This document shows positions 25,531 through 39,486 of a DNA stretch of 64,000 nt, piece by piece (within the stretch, counting starts at the first letter, position 1; every line of letters begins with the position of its first letter). The notes under the pieces were generated by a model. That model worked only from the letters and a program-made list of their open reading frames with translations, made no database searches and had not been told where the DNA came from. Made by a program: the position numbers and the translations under genes. The DNA comes from Squalus acanthias. Its lineage: Eukaryota. Where the stretch lies: NCBI GenBank assembly GCA_030390025.1, contig CM059432.1, positions 78,990,001 to 79,054,000 of the forward strand, given 5' to 3'.

Positions 25531-25599
25531 TATTTACAAATAACTGGGTTTATACCATAAAATACTTTAGCAAGACAATTATGACAAAAGGACAAAAAA

Positions 25600-25800
25600 A
25601 GAAAAACTGCAAGTGCTGGAAATCAGAAATAAAAAAACAGAAATGCTGGAATTACACAGCAAGTTTGTTGGGTTAATCATCTAGGTTAAACATTTCATCA
25701 CAACTGTTTCCGACGCAGGGTCTGCATCTGAAATGTCAACCTAACTACTCTTTCCACATGCTGACATACTTGTGGTAATGCCAGAACTTCTGCTTTTTAA
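25600..25800. mobile_element. Old degenerate copy of the Penelope-derived palindrome
   Basis: gctggaaatcagaaataaaaaaacagaaatgctgga ... ccgacgcagggtctgcatctgaaatgtcaac (decayed hammerhead-like) ... ccagaacttctgctttt. Confidence 0.55.
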
Positions 25801-26265
25801 TTACAATAAAATCACCTTTCGGATGAGAAAAGGCTATCTAGCCTATCAGCTTCTTGAATTAATGTTGTTGTCTATCCCTGCACCATAATGTATAAATCAG
25901 ACTCCTTCACTTTCAAAAGCCACAAACCCATCTCCATCTTAAGCTCCTGCCGTTACAATATTCATCCAGTTCCTTTTGAATGATTCTAAAGATCAAACAT
26001 TTACTGCACTAGACAGCAGCCTATTAACTGCATGAAATTTTTCCTACTTATTTGGCTAGTGGTTTCCTAATCTTAAAACCTGTCTTGTACAATCCTTAGT
26101 TGTTTGAAAAAAGAGTTAGACCGACTTTAAATATGCTATATTTACATTTTTTCTTTGCTAAACTATTTCTAAACAGAAAATTTGAACAATCCTAAAAACT
26201 AAATCACAATAATTATAAATGTAAACAGTGATGTCTGTTTATTAAAATGGTTCTGTGAGTTCTAC

Positions 26266-26640
26266 CTGAGAAGGAGAAAAAGGCAGTGTTTTTACTGGAG
26301 TACTTTTTGGGCTCGTAGTGCTGTTGTCCATGAAGGAAATACTGTTACAGTCACTGGATGGAGATGGGCCAAGCCGAAGTCTCCTTTTCCTCCTCAAAAT
26401 GGTTGGTGGTGTGCTGAACTTGGCAACGATAGGGGACGTTATAGGAATGAGCTCACCCTGCCCACTGCTGTTACTGCAAGTACTTCTGCTCAGATCTGAA
26501 ATGGCATGGCCATCAAAGCGATAACCTATTCCACCTCTGTGCTGCAATCGTTCAAATTTAGCTGGAGTCTGTTTAGCAGGTGTTTTCTCATTAACTTCAG
26601 AGAAGTCAAAGTTAGTTAGTTCATTCCACACTACAGAATC
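26266..26640 (-). CDS. MYBL1: MYBL1 exon 10
   Basis: cccag|GAT...CAG|gtaga; 375 nt; DSVVWNELTNFD...AKFSTPPTILRRKRR...KSTPVKTLPFSPSQ. Confidence 0.95.
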
Positions 26641-27282
26641 CTGGGAAAAAGGAAAAAACACCAGTTAGTTATACTCAAACTACAAAATCGATAGTAAAGG
26701 GTATAATTTTAATTCAAACGTAGATCCAGCATTGTGGTCATCAAACAACAGTGCAGGATACAAGATCTTTTTATTTAGCATTCTTAAAAACCTACAAACT
26801 TTTTAGATCACACAAGTCCTTCTATTAGTTGATGAGAAATGGAGAGAAGGAAGGTTGTTGCAGTTTGAATACAAGTAGATTGATGTCATCATATTCTATT
26901 GTTATGGTTACAGTAGTTGTTTAGTTCTACATATTATTGAAGATTCAGGACTGTTGGTGATAAAATACAGTAAAATTAAAGCCAGAATACCAGAATTCAG
27001 AGTCTTCAGGTTCCATATACAATTTATTACACACAATAACGCCTTCAAAAAGAAAAATACAAGCACAAGTAAGCATACTTAATTATTATTATTTTTTTTT
27101 TTTTTTAAAAAGATGTCAAATACTTAACTCTAGTTTAATTTATAAGAAAAGTAACAAGATTACACCTGTATTAGAAACATTTCCACAATGGTCAGGTCAC
27201 CTTCTTTAATTAAAAAAGTGCCTCTCTCACACTCTCATTGGTTCAATTTATATTTCAGTTTGTCGCACACTTTTCTCACACT

Positions 27283-28333
27283 GGGGTCAATTTTAGTCTT
27301 CCAGCGTAAAACTGGCAAGAGGTGGGCAGAGCAAGAGAAACAGCTGCCCGGACGAGTCATTGGGATGGGGGAGTGATTTCATTTCTCAGGTTGCTCCTCA
27401 TTTTCATGCGGTAGGCAAGCTTACAGCACTAAAATCACGTCCCATAAGCAGCTCACCATTTAGGAGGTGGGAAATCAGGCACTGCTGCAGGTTCTTAACA
27501 TTTCGCAGCAGCTTAAAGGGCAGATGGCTTTTTGTGGCCAAACCAGGGAAGCAACACTGTGGAGATGCAGGAAGATGTCTGGAATCAAGAAGAATTCTAG
27601 CTGAGATACTGGTGGAACAAGTTTGATAGAGGAAGGAGTTCCTCTTCCCCTCGTATGGTGAGTGGGTATGAATGGGTAATGCTGAGAGGTGGCACAACAT
27701 GTGAATGTGAGCAGAATTTTATCCAGGACTTGGTTACTGTGCAGAAGGATCTGTGATCTCACCAAAAGTATTAAGGCAAAACTCCCCCTCACATTTCATT
27801 CTTTCTGCACAGCCCTACAGGCTCCCACCTTTGTCTCAGCGCAATCAATCCCTCACCCCCCCCCCCCCCCTTCCCCACTTCTTGGGGTTTTCCATAAGTC
27901 AGGAGGGAAGAAATCACTGAACTTCTTTTCTTCTTCACTTAGCCCCTCAAAAGCTGCTGCTACTACTACTGCCCTCACAACTACTACTTCTTCTTGGCCA
28001 CACTTGCTGCTTCTTACTGTCAACATGCATACTAGGAGGAGCTGACTCATAAATGGTGAGGGTTGAAAGCCTTTGCCCAATGCATATATTAACCCACGTC
28101 AATTCTTCTTGCAAGAGAAGCTTGCGCACAACAACTAGCATAAGACGACCTGGCACTCGACAAAACCTCACCCCTCCTGAAGAGGCTGCCATTGACATAA
28201 CAGGAAGACATACAGCAGTCAGCATTGGTGATGATATAGCAGGGTTTGTTGGCAACTTCTAGACTGCTTTTCTTTCTTCTTAACTCTAAGTAATGCATTC
28301 GCTTGATGTATGCCAAATGTTAATATTGAGCCT
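27283..28333 (+). mobile_element. Internally deleted Harbinger derivative with Myb/SANT-like relic
   Basis: Imperfect TIR ggggtcaatttta / taatattgagcct; relic LAEILVEQV..RKEFLFP..EVAQHVNVSRILSRTWLLCRRICDL (about 27597-27765). Confidence 0.55.
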
Positions 28334-28756
28334 GCCCTGGGCATATCATCAAATTCAACCTGATCAGTGCTATTTGATTGTTCCTGGGATATTATGGAAA
28401 AAAAGAGAATTCAAGAAACTACAGATCAAGACAAAGAAAAAGACCAACCACAAGAAAAGCAATCTTGAAAGCAAAGAAAAATAAAAAAATAAAGCACAAT
28501 AAGAAAAAATGTCTAAAAATACAGAAATTTTAAATAAAATTTTTGAAGTAGACGGTGTAATTTTTTACTGCAGTTAAACTTACACATGGAACCACAGAAA
28601 AAAAATTCTACACAAGTTAAATGATTTTTGCATGATACATATGAAAATAGTAAATTAAAACAGTGTGCAAACCATTGCTAAGTACTATTATCAATTATAA
28701 GGTAGCCAAATGGATTTCATATTACTACATTTAATGATGGGAGGTGACAAACTTAC

Positions 28757-29002
28757 TGCTTCAATGAGCTCAAATGTCTTGGCAAAATCAGGAATTGACT
28801 GTAGTGTGCTGAGGACTGAACTCTCCTCTTGTGCAAGAAACCGGCTGAGGGCAGCCTGCTGTACAGGTGTGCTTGTCCCCTGGAGCTGCTCCTTGGTGCA
28901 AATTTCACTTGCCTTATCCTCCAGGCTACTCAAGGTACTGGACAAACTTTCATCACCAAAAAAACTTCTTGACCAGCTGGTGAAGTCAGAAGACTCTTGT
29001 GG
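28757..29002 (-). CDS. MYBL1: MYBL1 exon 9
   Basis: tttag|CCA...GCA|gtaag; 246 nt; PQESSDFTSWSRSF...VLSTLQSIPDFAKTFELIEA. Confidence 0.92.
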
Positions 29003-30600
29003 CTAAACAAAACAATGAAACAAAAAGCAGCTTACTCTAAAGTAAATGTGTCTGCAATAAAGTTCAGAATTCTATTTATAAAACAGAATTGTTTTTAGAT
29101 TTTGTAGAAACAATTATTTGACCCACCATGGTCAAACCACCAAAACAGTTTCACATCAAAAGACTAACTACTCCACATTGCAGAAATTTAGGCAGAGGCA
29201 TCATAATCCAAATAGATTAATACCTTACTGTTGATAAAATATTAATATTTAATACAAATCCTATACAATCTTATTTAAGTGTCCTTTTAGTTACAAACAT
29301 TTAGTTATAATGATCACTGCAGCCACTTAAGTAGAATTTCTACAAATATAGTTTGAATGCGACACAGTTGAACACATTAAGAAATAGTTTTAGCTTCTGA
29401 ACAAATGCCTCCATGGTATTTAAAAGATGTTCCTTCTAATGTTTTCAGACCATAATTTTAGACATACCTGTAGAAATATTTAAGATATACTAAAAATTTT
29501 AAGGCAACAAGATATAACTCAATAATGTAATTAAAAATTTAAAGACTCAGTAAGTTCTAATTATTCTTATGGTCATTCTGAAATACATACTACTGTTAGA
29601 ACTTTTCTGATTTAGGTTAGTAGTATGGTTTATTACTACAATTTTAATCTTCAAGTATATGGAGTAAAGGTTTTAATTTTCTCAGTTTGATTTGAAAACT
29701 ATTTTGTGCAAAACACTAAGCACTCATTTCGGAGCAATCCAATTATCAACCTTTAAGTAATACATGTTTCACAACAAACCTCCAGATGCAGCTACCAAAT
29801 ATAGGAGACAAAAATCACCATAAATGCTTGCAGAAGTTGTACTATATGACAAAATATTGCACAACACTAGCATGTTACACTCCTCAAGCATAAACAGCAT
29901 TCCTAGTGATTTCCACAGCCTCGCCAAGGGTGCAATTGCCAACAGGAATTTTTCTCAAGTTATCCTTATTCCCATGAATGCGTGAAACATGCACCACTTG
30001 ATAAATACTGCACTTTAGTATTATATTCAAAATATAACATCTGAGGGAAAGTGCTAAGTGGCTATTTATTTATTTTACAAAAAGCACAGTCAGTTGCTAT
30101 TCTCAGACCCAAATCATCTTCAAGAGGCTAAAAACAAATTACCTTAACCTCTAAACTTGCATTGTTCTCAGCACAGGCATATACATGCCAAGAAATGTGA
30201 TCGGAGTAATGCATACAAGCACCATGTAATCAAAATATACAATGGCTTCATAAAATATATGTCAACATAAACTGTTGAGTTCAATTAAGAAAATGCACGG
30301 TTAAAAAAAATTAAGCCACTTAGACAAAAAAAAAAATTAAAAACAAACTTTACCGAACCACAGAATACGAATCCCAAGGACAAACTATTATTAAAACAAA
30401 AAGTTTTTAACTGCATCAAAACATAAAGATGCTATTTTTCAATGTGTACTCATTTCTAAAACACAATTCTAAAAGTTGTGTTAGTGGAACCATAACATCA
30501 CAATGAAAGGCTAAAATAAGAAGAAAGCATAGATGAAATAGCAAGTCTAAGATGAAAAAGGCTAAGCAATCTAAAGGTTGTGAGTGCACAGAATCCTTAC

Positions 30601-30705
30601 AGCTCCTGCTCGTTTTCTTCTGACTTCATTCTCTGCTGACATTAGGAGGAGTTCAAGTTCCTTTATTCTTTGCTCTTTATCAGGATCGTCATCAATATAT
30701 GGTTG
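30601..30705 (-). CDS. MYBL1: MYBL1 exon 8 (transactivation domain, KIX-binding LxxLL)
   Basis: ttcag|CAA...GCT|gtaag; 105 nt; QPYIDDDPDKEQRIKELELLLMSAENEVRRKRAGA. Confidence 0.96.
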
Positions 30706-31383
30706 CTGAAATGAACATGTAACAAGAGAAAAAAAGAGGAAAAGAACAAAATGGAGAGTGACAGGAAGAGAGACGAAGATATGTGGTTTACTCTTTCATT
30801 CAAGTGCACGAACTATTACAAGGTTATCAATGATACGCAGTTTTAAAATCTGGTACTGTTTCCAATCATGAAGCAACACCATCAAATGAAAATGGCAGCA
30901 AAATAATTTTTGGTGTGGACATTTGCTTCATTTATAGAATAGCTTCAGTGCCTCAGATATCAGTGTAATAGTAGTAGCAGCTTTGAAGCAGAATGCAAAT
31001 CCTTTTTTGATCCCTCTTAAAGGAAATCAGAAGACTTAAATGGGCTGCATTTTCTCCATATTGATTGAAGCATAAATTAAAGCGGAGATGTCTGGATTCA
31101 GAAATGTGAGGTATCATGGATAACCAAGACAGAACAGGATACAATTTAAATAGATAAAGCACAATGCATTGTTATGTGACAAATAGAACAGAAATATATT
31201 TTTCAAAAATGTCTAGGCTTAAACCTTGCAATATGTTTTAATAATGTCTGGATATTAATATATATGTATAAACACTAAAAACAGATCAGTTTTGCAATTA
31301 GCATTATGAATATGTAAATACATATTCTTAAACCGATTAAAACCTCATTAAAATCAAATCAAAGAAAAAAGTCAGTTTCTTAC

Positions 31384-31452
31384 TTGAGTAAAACCTGTTG
31401 TAGTATTTTCTATGCAAGGTTCTTCTGTACCCAAGTACTGATGTCTTAGGGC
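31384..31452 (-). CDS. MYBL1: MYBL1 exon 7
   Basis: ttttttaag|GCC...CAA|gtaag; 69 nt in frame; ALRHQYLGTEEPCIENTTTGFTQ resembles the A-Myb segment just before the TAD. The acceptor is the less common AAG. Confidence 0.8.
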
Positions 31453-31599
31453 CTTAAAAAAAGACGACTACATCTCAATTTCATGTCACTATTGGTAAAA
31501 CAGTTATTTAATATTCGATATCAAATTAAGAACAGCATCAAATAATGCTACGGCATACAAATTCATGAATTACTCAACAAAAAAGTGCAAGTCATTTAC

Positions 31600-31786
31600 T
31601 TGAGTAGACACAGGAATGAAAAACTGGTTCTGGAACTGCACTGGGTTCAGAGGAGTCCTAGGTGGTACTTTCTGTTGCTGAATACTTGGAAGCAAGTCAC
31701 ATTTGGGTGCCTCCTGCAGATATCCTTCCTGCTCAACCTTCCTTCTCATTGTGGAATTCCAGTGGTTCTTGATTGAATTATCTGTC
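31600..31786 (-). CDS. MYBL1: MYBL1 exon 6 (end of R3)
   Basis: acag|GACAGAT...CAA|gtaaat; 187 nt; [29 protein letters not shown]...[11 protein letters not shown]. Confidence 0.95.
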
Positions 31787-32065
31787 CTGTATGGATTTAA
31801 TAATGTGCATAAAAATAAACTAGACAAAGTTCTGTACATTATTGTTACTGAAACCATAAAGATAAACTTCTGGCAGTAAACAAAATATTGGCTGTGAAAA
31901 AAATAGTAAAAAAAAATATATTGAGCTTTAGTGAAAGAATTTCTAGCAATCACATCACATAGTTTTAAACTGACAGTATAAAAGGTGTACATTACTTTAA
32001 AATATAGGAATTCTGCAAGAACTGTAACCTGCCAACCATTTTTTAAAATGCTACTCATACTTGTG

Positions 32066-34710
32066 GGCCCCGATATTCATGGGGAGGCGGGGAGGGCGCA
32101 GGAAAGCACAGTAGGGTGTGGAAAACCCAGCAAAGCCAGCGACGTGGAGGCCCTGCTGATCTTAATGGTAGGACCTCGTTTAAATAACATGCTGCAGTCT
32201 CCTGCCCGATAGCCGGACAAATTGACAGCTTGACATGCTGGCGGAAGCGCAAACAAGCAACAGGAGGATGCAGCCGGGGTCCCATGGGACGGTCCCCTGG
32301 CATTTACCATGGTGGGGGGGGGGGGGAGAAAGAGTGGGAAGGAAGGCAGTCAGTGCCGTGATCAGGAGGCTAAGAGGGTAGCAAGGGAGGCCCAATGCTT
32401 TCCACTCCTGGCCCACAAGAAAGCCTGAAAAATAAATTTTAAACTCATCTTCTGGCCCAGGATCCAGCTCCCGGCAGGTTTTATCAGATACGAACATACA
32501 TATGAATTAGGAGCAGGAGTAGGCCACTCAGCCCCACGAGCCTGCTCCGCCATTCAATAAGATCATGGCTGATCTGATTACTCCACATTCCCGCCTACCC
32601 CCGATAACCTTTCATCCCCCTTGCTTATCAAGAATCTATCTACCTCTGCCTTAAAAATATTCAAAGACTCTGCTTCCACCGCCCTCTGAGGAAGAGAGTT
32701 CCAAAGACTCACGACCCTCAGAAAAAATTTCTCCTCATCTGTCTTAAATGGGCGACCCCTTATTTTTAAAAACAGTGACCCCTAGATCTAGATTCTCCTA
32801 CAAGAGGAAACATCTTTTCCACATCTACCCTGTCCAGACCCCTCAGGAGCTTATATGTTTCAATCAAGTCACCTCTTACTCTTCTAAACTCCAGCGGATA
32901 CAAACCTAGCCTGTCCAACCTTTCCTCATAGGACAACCCGCCCATTCCAGGTATTAGTCGAGTAAACCTTCTCTGAACTGCTTCCAACACATTTACATCC
33001 TTCCTTAAATAAGGAGACCAATACTGTATACAGTACTCCAGATGTGGTCTCACCAATGCCCTGTATAACTGAAGCATAACCTCCCTACTGTTGTATTCAA
33101 TTCCCCTCGCAATAAACGATAACATTCTATTAGCTTTCCTAATTACTTGCTGTACCTGCATACGAACCTTTTGCGAATCATGCACCAGGACACCCAGATC
33201 CCTCTGCATCTCAGAGCTCTGCAATCTCTCACCATTTAGATAATATGCTTCTTTCTTATTCTTCCTGACAAAATGGACAACTTCACATTTTCCCCAATTA
33301 TACTCCATTTGCCAGATCTTTGCCCACTCACTTAACCTATCTATATCCCTTTGTAGCCTCCTCCTTATGTCCTCTTCACAATTTACTTTCCTACCTATCT
33401 TTGTGTCATCAGCAAATTTAGCAACCATACCTTCGGTCCCTTCATCCAAGTCATTTATATAAATTGTAAAAAGTTGAGGCCCCAGCACTGATCCCTGTGG
33501 CACACCACTCGTTACATCTTGCCAACCAGAAAATGATCCATTTATGCCGACTCTGTTTCCTGTTAGCTAGCCAATCTTCTATCCATGCCAATATGTTACC
33601 CACTACACCATGAGCTTTTATTTTCCGCAATAACCTTTGATGTGGCACCTTATCAAAATGCCTTCTGGAAATCTAAGTACAGTACATCCACCGGTTCCCC
33701 TTTATCCACAGCACATGTTACTTCCTCAAAGAACTCCAACAAATTGGTTGAACATGATTTCCCTTTCACAAAACCATGTTGACTCTGCCTGATTACCTTG
33801 AACTTTTCTAAGTGCCCTGCTATAACGTCTTTAATAATAGCTTCGAACATCTTCTCTATGACAGATGTTAAGCTAACTGGCCTGTAGTTTCCTGCTTTCT
33901 GTCTCCCTCCCTTTTTGAATAAAGGAGTTACATTTGCTATTTTCCAATCTAATGGAGCCTTCCCTGAATCTAGGGAAATTTGGAAAATTAAAACCAAGAC
34001 ATCAACTATCTCACTAGCCACTTCTTTTAAGACCCGGGGACTTGTCAGCCCGCAGCTCCAATAATTTGCTCAGTACCACTTCCCTGGTGAATATAATTTT
34101 CTTGAGTTCCTCCCTCCCTTCCATTTCCTGATTTACAGCTATTTCTGGGATGTTACTTGTATCCTCTATAGTGAAGACCGATGCAAAATACCTGTTCAAT
34201 TCAACTGCCATCTCCTTATTTGCCATTATTAATTCCCCAGACTCACTTTTTATAGGACCAACGCTCACTTTGTTAACTCTTTTCTTTTTTAAATATCTAT
34301 AGAAACTCTTACCATATGTTTTTATATTTCTAGCTAGCTTTCTCTGGTATTCTAATTTTTCTCTCATTAATCTTTGTCATTCTTTGCTGTTTTTTTATAT
34401 TCTGTCCAATCTTCAGACCTGCCACCCATCTTCGCACAATTATATGGTTTTTTTTTTAAGTTTGATGGGGGAGCAGACACTGCTCAGGCTTCAGGCTGAT
34501 ATTGCAGATCGGGCCCTGATGACATCATCGGACCCGATCTGCATATTTAAAACAGGACCCCGCTTCCTTCCTGCAGGTTTCCTGCTCAAAAGAGCAGGTT
34601 AATGTTGGGACAGGGCAGGAGGGAAGCGGGATCGGTGGGGGTAAGTGACTTGTTAGTTTAACTGCCTACTTGCCTGGTTTCCACCAGGTGGCGAAGTTAA
34701 AATCGGGGCC
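32066..34710. mobile_element. Harbinger-type MITE split by a CR1
   Basis: TIR ggccccgatatt / aaaatcggggcc; gtg/atg flanks. Confidence 0.75.
32488..34465 (-). mobile_element. CR1 LINE, 5'-truncated
   Basis: Minus-strand ORFs 32766-33503, 33653-34021 and 34014-34367 encode RT. Confidence 0.95.
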
Positions 34711-35307
34711 ATGAGGTTTACTAAAATTTATTTAATTACGTGTCAATTTTGAAAAGAATGTTAGATTGCCTACCATAGGCATGATCTTTATGTGCAGATT
34801 GAACTGGCCAAATAAGATGATTAATCATCTTCACAGGGAAAAATTACCTGCCAATGACATTGTAAGAATTTCATCCCTTGCTTCCAGAGGACTATCCCCA
34901 ATTCAATTTTTTTTTATGATGGCCTCATTTGACCACACCTAAACTTCTTGACTGGAGAAGTCAGCATCAAGACTGCTAGCATACAACACTAGCAATTATG
35001 CACACCCTAAATTCAAAGAACTCCAAGGCCACCAGAAAATTGAGATATATATAGGCTGGAGGAGAACTTTGTACATGAAGATAAACTGCAGTTCAAATAA
35101 TAAGCCCAGTGGTACAGCAAGTAACCTAAAGGCAACTTTATATTAAAAGGAGTGTCATTATTATTCAAAGAGAGATTGTACTGAAGTAGCTACTTAAACT
35201 TAAGGTAAACAGATTACTGGAACCAGAGTGTTTAAATCAGAACATCCTGAGGGAAACTTGGGAAGAAATAGTCAACACTGAGTTAAATTAATTTGTACCA
35301 GGGAGCA

Positions 35308-37243
35308 GACATATAAATTGGCCAGAAAAAGCAGCAAACCGGAGGATTGGGAGCAGTTTAGGATTCAGCAAAGGAGGACAAAGGGATTAATTAAGAGGGG
35401 GAAAATAGAGTATGAGAGTAAGCTTGCGAGGAACATAAAAACTGACTGTAAAAGCTTCTATAGATATGCGAAGAGAAAAAGATTGGTGAAGTCAAGCGTA
35501 GGTCCCTTGCAGTCAGAATCAGGGGAATTTATAATGGGGAACAAAGAAATGGCAGTCCAATTAAATACATACTTTGGTTCTGTCTTCACAAAGGAGGACA
35601 CAAATAAACTCCCAGAGAGGTCGGGGAACATAGAGTCTAATGAGAGGGAGAAACTGAATTAAATCAGTATTTGTAGGGAAATAGTGTTAGGGAAATTGAC
35701 GGGATTGTAGGCCGATAAATCCCCAGGGCCTGATAATCTACATCTCAGGGTACTTAAGGAAGTGGCCCTAGAAATAGTAGATGCATTGCTGGTCATCTTC
35801 CAAAATTCTATAGACTCTGGAACAGTTCCCATGGATTGGAGGGTAGCTAATGTAGCCCCACTATTTAAAAAAGGTGGTAGAGAGAAAACGGGGAATTATA
35901 GCCTGACATCGGTAGTGGGGACAATGCTAGAGTCTATTATAAAAGATGTAATAGCACTTGGAAAACAGTGACAGAATCAGACAAAGTCAACATGGATTTA
36001 CAAAAGGTAAATCATGCTTGACAAATCTACTGGAATTTTTTTGAGGATGTAACTGGTAGAATTGATAAAGGAGAACCAGTGGATGTGGTGTATTTGGACT
36101 TTCATAAGAGATTAGCATGCAAAATTAAAGCACATGGGATTGGGGGTAAGGTACTGACTTGGATAGAGAACTGGTTGGCAGACAGGAAGCAAAGAGTTGG
36201 AATAAACGGGTCTTTTTCCAAGTGGCAGGCAGTGACTAGTGGGGTACCGCAGGGATCAGTGCTAGAACCCCAGCTATTCACAATATATATTAATGATTTA
36301 GACGAGGGAACTAGATGTAATATCTCCAAGTTTGCAGATGACACAAAGCTGGGTGGGCGAGTGTGCTGTGAGGAGGATGCAGAGAAACTCCAGTATGATT
36401 TGGACAGGTTGGGTGAGTGGGCAAATGCATGGCAGATGCAGTATAATGTGGATAAATGTGAGGTTATCCACTTTGGTGGCAAAAACAGGAAGGCAGATTA
36501 TTATCTGAATGGCAATAGATTGGGAAAAGGGGAGGTGCAACGAGACCTGGGTGTCCTTGTGCACCAGTCGCTGAAGGTAAGCATGCAGATGCAGCAGGCG
36601 GTTAAGAAGGCAAATGGTACGTTGGACTTCATAGCGAGAGGATTCGAGTACAGGAGCAAGGATGTCTTGCTGCAGTTGTACAGGGCCTTGATGAGACCAC
36701 ACCTTGAGTATTTTGTGCAGTTTTGGTCACCTTATCTGAGGAAGGATGTTCTTGTCATGGAGGGAGTGCAGCGAAGATTCACCAGACTGATACCTGGTAT
36801 GGCAGGAATGACGTATGAGGAGAGATTGGGTCGATTAGGCTTATATTCGCTAGAGTTTATTAGAATGAGAGGGGATCTCATTGAAACTTATAAAATTCTA
36901 ACAGGACTAGACAGACTAGATGCAGGAAGGATGTTCCCGATGGCGGGTGAGTCCAGAACCAGGGGTCACAGTCTAAGGATAAGGGGTAAGCCATTTAGGA
37001 CTGAGATGAGGAGGAATTTCTTCACCCAGAGAGTGGTGAACCTGTGAAATTCTCTACCATAGAAGGCAGTTGAGGCCAATTCATTAAATATATTCAAGAA
37101 GGAGTTAGATATATTTCTTAAGGCTAAAGGGATCAAGGGATATGGGGAGAAAGCAGGGACAGGGAATTTGGATGATCAGCCATGATCTCATTGAATGGCG
37201 GAGCAAGCTTGAAGGGCCGAATGGCCTACTCCTGTTCCTATGT
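35308..37243 (+). mobile_element. Young CR1 LINE, 5'-truncated; same subfamily as 18243-21007 and 62661-63692
   Basis: ORFs 35318-35662 and 36079-37047; sequence nearly collinear with 19030-21000. Confidence 0.95.
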
Positions 37244-37276
37244 TACCAGAGGACTGGATCCCATCTTCAAAAAAGC

Positions 37277-37437
37277 GTTCAGTTGTTCATAAACTACAAG
37301 AAAGAAAAGGAAAAAGGAAGGAAGGGAAGGAAGGGAAAGAAAGAGAGAGAGAGAAAGAGAAAAGAGAGAAAAGAGAGGAGAGAAGAGAAAGAGAGAAAAA
37401 AGAGAAAAAAAAGAGAAAAAAGAGGGAAAGAAAAAAG
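37277..37437. repeat. Purine-rich low-complexity tract (expanded SINE tail)
   Basis: (GAAA/GA)n directly abutting the 3' end of the minus-strand SINE. Confidence 0.85.
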
Positions 37438-37892
37438 ACTTACATTTACATAGCGCCTTTCACGACCACCGGACGTCTCAAAGGGCTTTACAGCCAATTA
37501 AGTACTTTTGGAGTGTAGTCATTGTTGTAATGTGGGAAGCACGGCAGCCAATTTGCGCACAGCAAGCTCCCACAAACAGCAATGTGATAATGACCAGATA
37601 ATCTGTTTTTGTTATGTTGATTGAGGGATAAATATTGGCCAGGACACCGGGGTTAACTCCCCTGCTCTTCTTCGAAATAGTGCCATGGGATCTTTTACGT
37701 CCACCTGAGAGCGTAGACAAGGCCTTGGTTTAACGTCTCACCCGAAAGACGGCACCTCCGACTGTGTAGCATGCCCTCAGCACTGCACGGGAGTGTCAGC
37801 CTAGATTTATGTGATCAAGTCCCTGGAGTGGGACTTGAACCCACAACCTTCTGACTCAGAGGCGAGTGTGCTACCAACTGAGCCACAGCTGA
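37434..37892 (-). mobile_element. tRNA-derived DeuSINE (SacSINE1/AmnSINE1-like)
   Basis: Minus strand: A box TGGCTCAGTTGG, B box GGTTCAAGTCC, Deu-domain-like ggaggtgccgtctttcgg...gtaaaagatcccatggcactattt, L2-like tail. Confidence 0.85.
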
Positions 37893-37899
37893 AACAAAA

Positions 37900-38620
37900 G
37901 CTAATCAGGGCTAGTCAGCACGGACTTCTAAAAGGCAGGTCATGCTTGCCCGACCACATACAATTCTTTGATAAATAACAAAGAATAGGTAAAGGAGATG
38001 TAGTGGATGAGATTTACAGATTATAAAAAAGCATTCGATAAAGTGCCACATAAGAAACTTATGGCAAAGATAACAGCAAATAGAATTAATGGGAATGTGG
38101 TCACATGGATAGGCATATGGTTGGAGGGCAGAAAATAAAGGGTACAGATAAAAGGGGAAGTTTCCTGGAATGTGAAGATGTAGTGAGTGGTGTTCCACAG
38201 GGGTATACAATATATACATCTGGATTAGGAATTGAGGGAATATACTGAAATTTGCAGATGACACCAAACTGGGGTATGGAAAATTGTGAAAGCCTGAAGA
38301 AAACATTGGCTAGCAGGATGGGCAGATAGGTGCCAGATCCAATTCAGAGTAGAAAAATGTGAAGAATACATCTTAGAAGTAAGATTAGGGAAAGAAATGT
38401 CCATTTACCCATACCCTTTGCTTCCTGTCTATCAAGCAACTTTTATCCATTACTGTACACCTGATAGTTTTTTTTAAACAAGTCACCTATGAGACACCTT
38501 ATCAAACCCCTTCTGAAAATACAACACAACTCCATTCTTTTTATCTATCAAATTTGTTAGTTTTTCATAAGAATTCTATTAAGTTTTTGAAATCCTTATG
38601 AAACCGAATATATTTCAGTT
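37900..38620. mobile_element. Old CR1 RT relics (plus strand, then minus strand)
   Basis: gcattcgataaagtgccacataag and tttgcagatgacaccaaact motifs. Confidence 0.6.
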
Positions 38621-38684
38621 CTTTCCTCAATGTTAACTGCTTTTGTGCAAGCCTGTTCCACATAACCACTAGGTATGGGTAAAA

Positions 38685-38912
38685 CCTCCAAGTCACACTA
38701 TCTTGATTTGGAAATATATCACCGTTCCTTCATCGTCACTGGGTTAAAATCCTGGAACTCCCGCCCTAATAGCACTGTGAGAATAGCTTCACCACACAGA
38801 CTGCAGCGGTTCAAGGAGGAAGCTGACCATCACCTTCTCAAGGACAATTAGGGATGGGCAATAAATGCTGGCTTGCCAGCGATGCCGACATCCCGTGAAT
38901 GAATTAAAAAAA
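38685..38912 (+). mobile_element. 3' tail fragment of the 14249-17648 LINE family
   Basis: Matches 17417-17648. Confidence 0.88.
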
Positions 38913-39486
38913 TGACTCATTAGGTAAAAAAATTACTGTGGGGGAAAAAAAAAGTATTCTCTTTCATAGCTTCTGAATAGTGTAAACATCAGGGGGCCAG
39001 TACAGAACTGTGAAATTCCACGAGTCACACCAGTCAACAGAACTTTCCGAATTCCTATACTGCTGAGATTTCAATCCAGATAGCATTCTTGCCATTTTCC
39101 CTTAAGCTTAATCTTTTTTATAAAAGCACTAATAGTCCAAAATTCAGCATTCACTTGATGCAGCACTATTTGGAAAAGTCACTCACAGATCACAAGGGTG
39201 GGTGCTATAGGAAACAGAACTGGTACACTGTGCAGTGGAGGTGCCTGCTTAAGTACTACAAAAGGCATATTGCTGGAGCACTGCAGAGAGAACTTTTACC
39301 TGTATAAAAAATATTCTATAAATAACCTGAGAGTACTTGTTGATCCTACCCGAATGCAAGAAGTAGAAAAATATTCCATTCCTCAGCATCAGTCACAGCA
39401 TCCACAAAGTCAAAGAAATTATAATTTCCTCTAACATTCTCAATCAAAACAGAAAATTTTAAATTGTAAAAATAGACTAAGCATAC

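Noticed and set aside
30354..30384. Possible 31-nt cryptic exon in intron 8 (aatag|...TCG|gtaaag)
   Set aside because: Frameshifting, mediocre splice sites, no other support; such matches occur by chance.
37820..37892. tRNA gene
   Set aside because: The A/B boxes are the head of a DeuSINE, followed by SINE body and tail.
39291..39312. ttttttatacag|gtaaaag as a recursive splice site in intron 5
   Set aside because: Only about 190 nt from the exon 5 donor in a modest-sized intron, with a weak donor; unsupported without RNA data.
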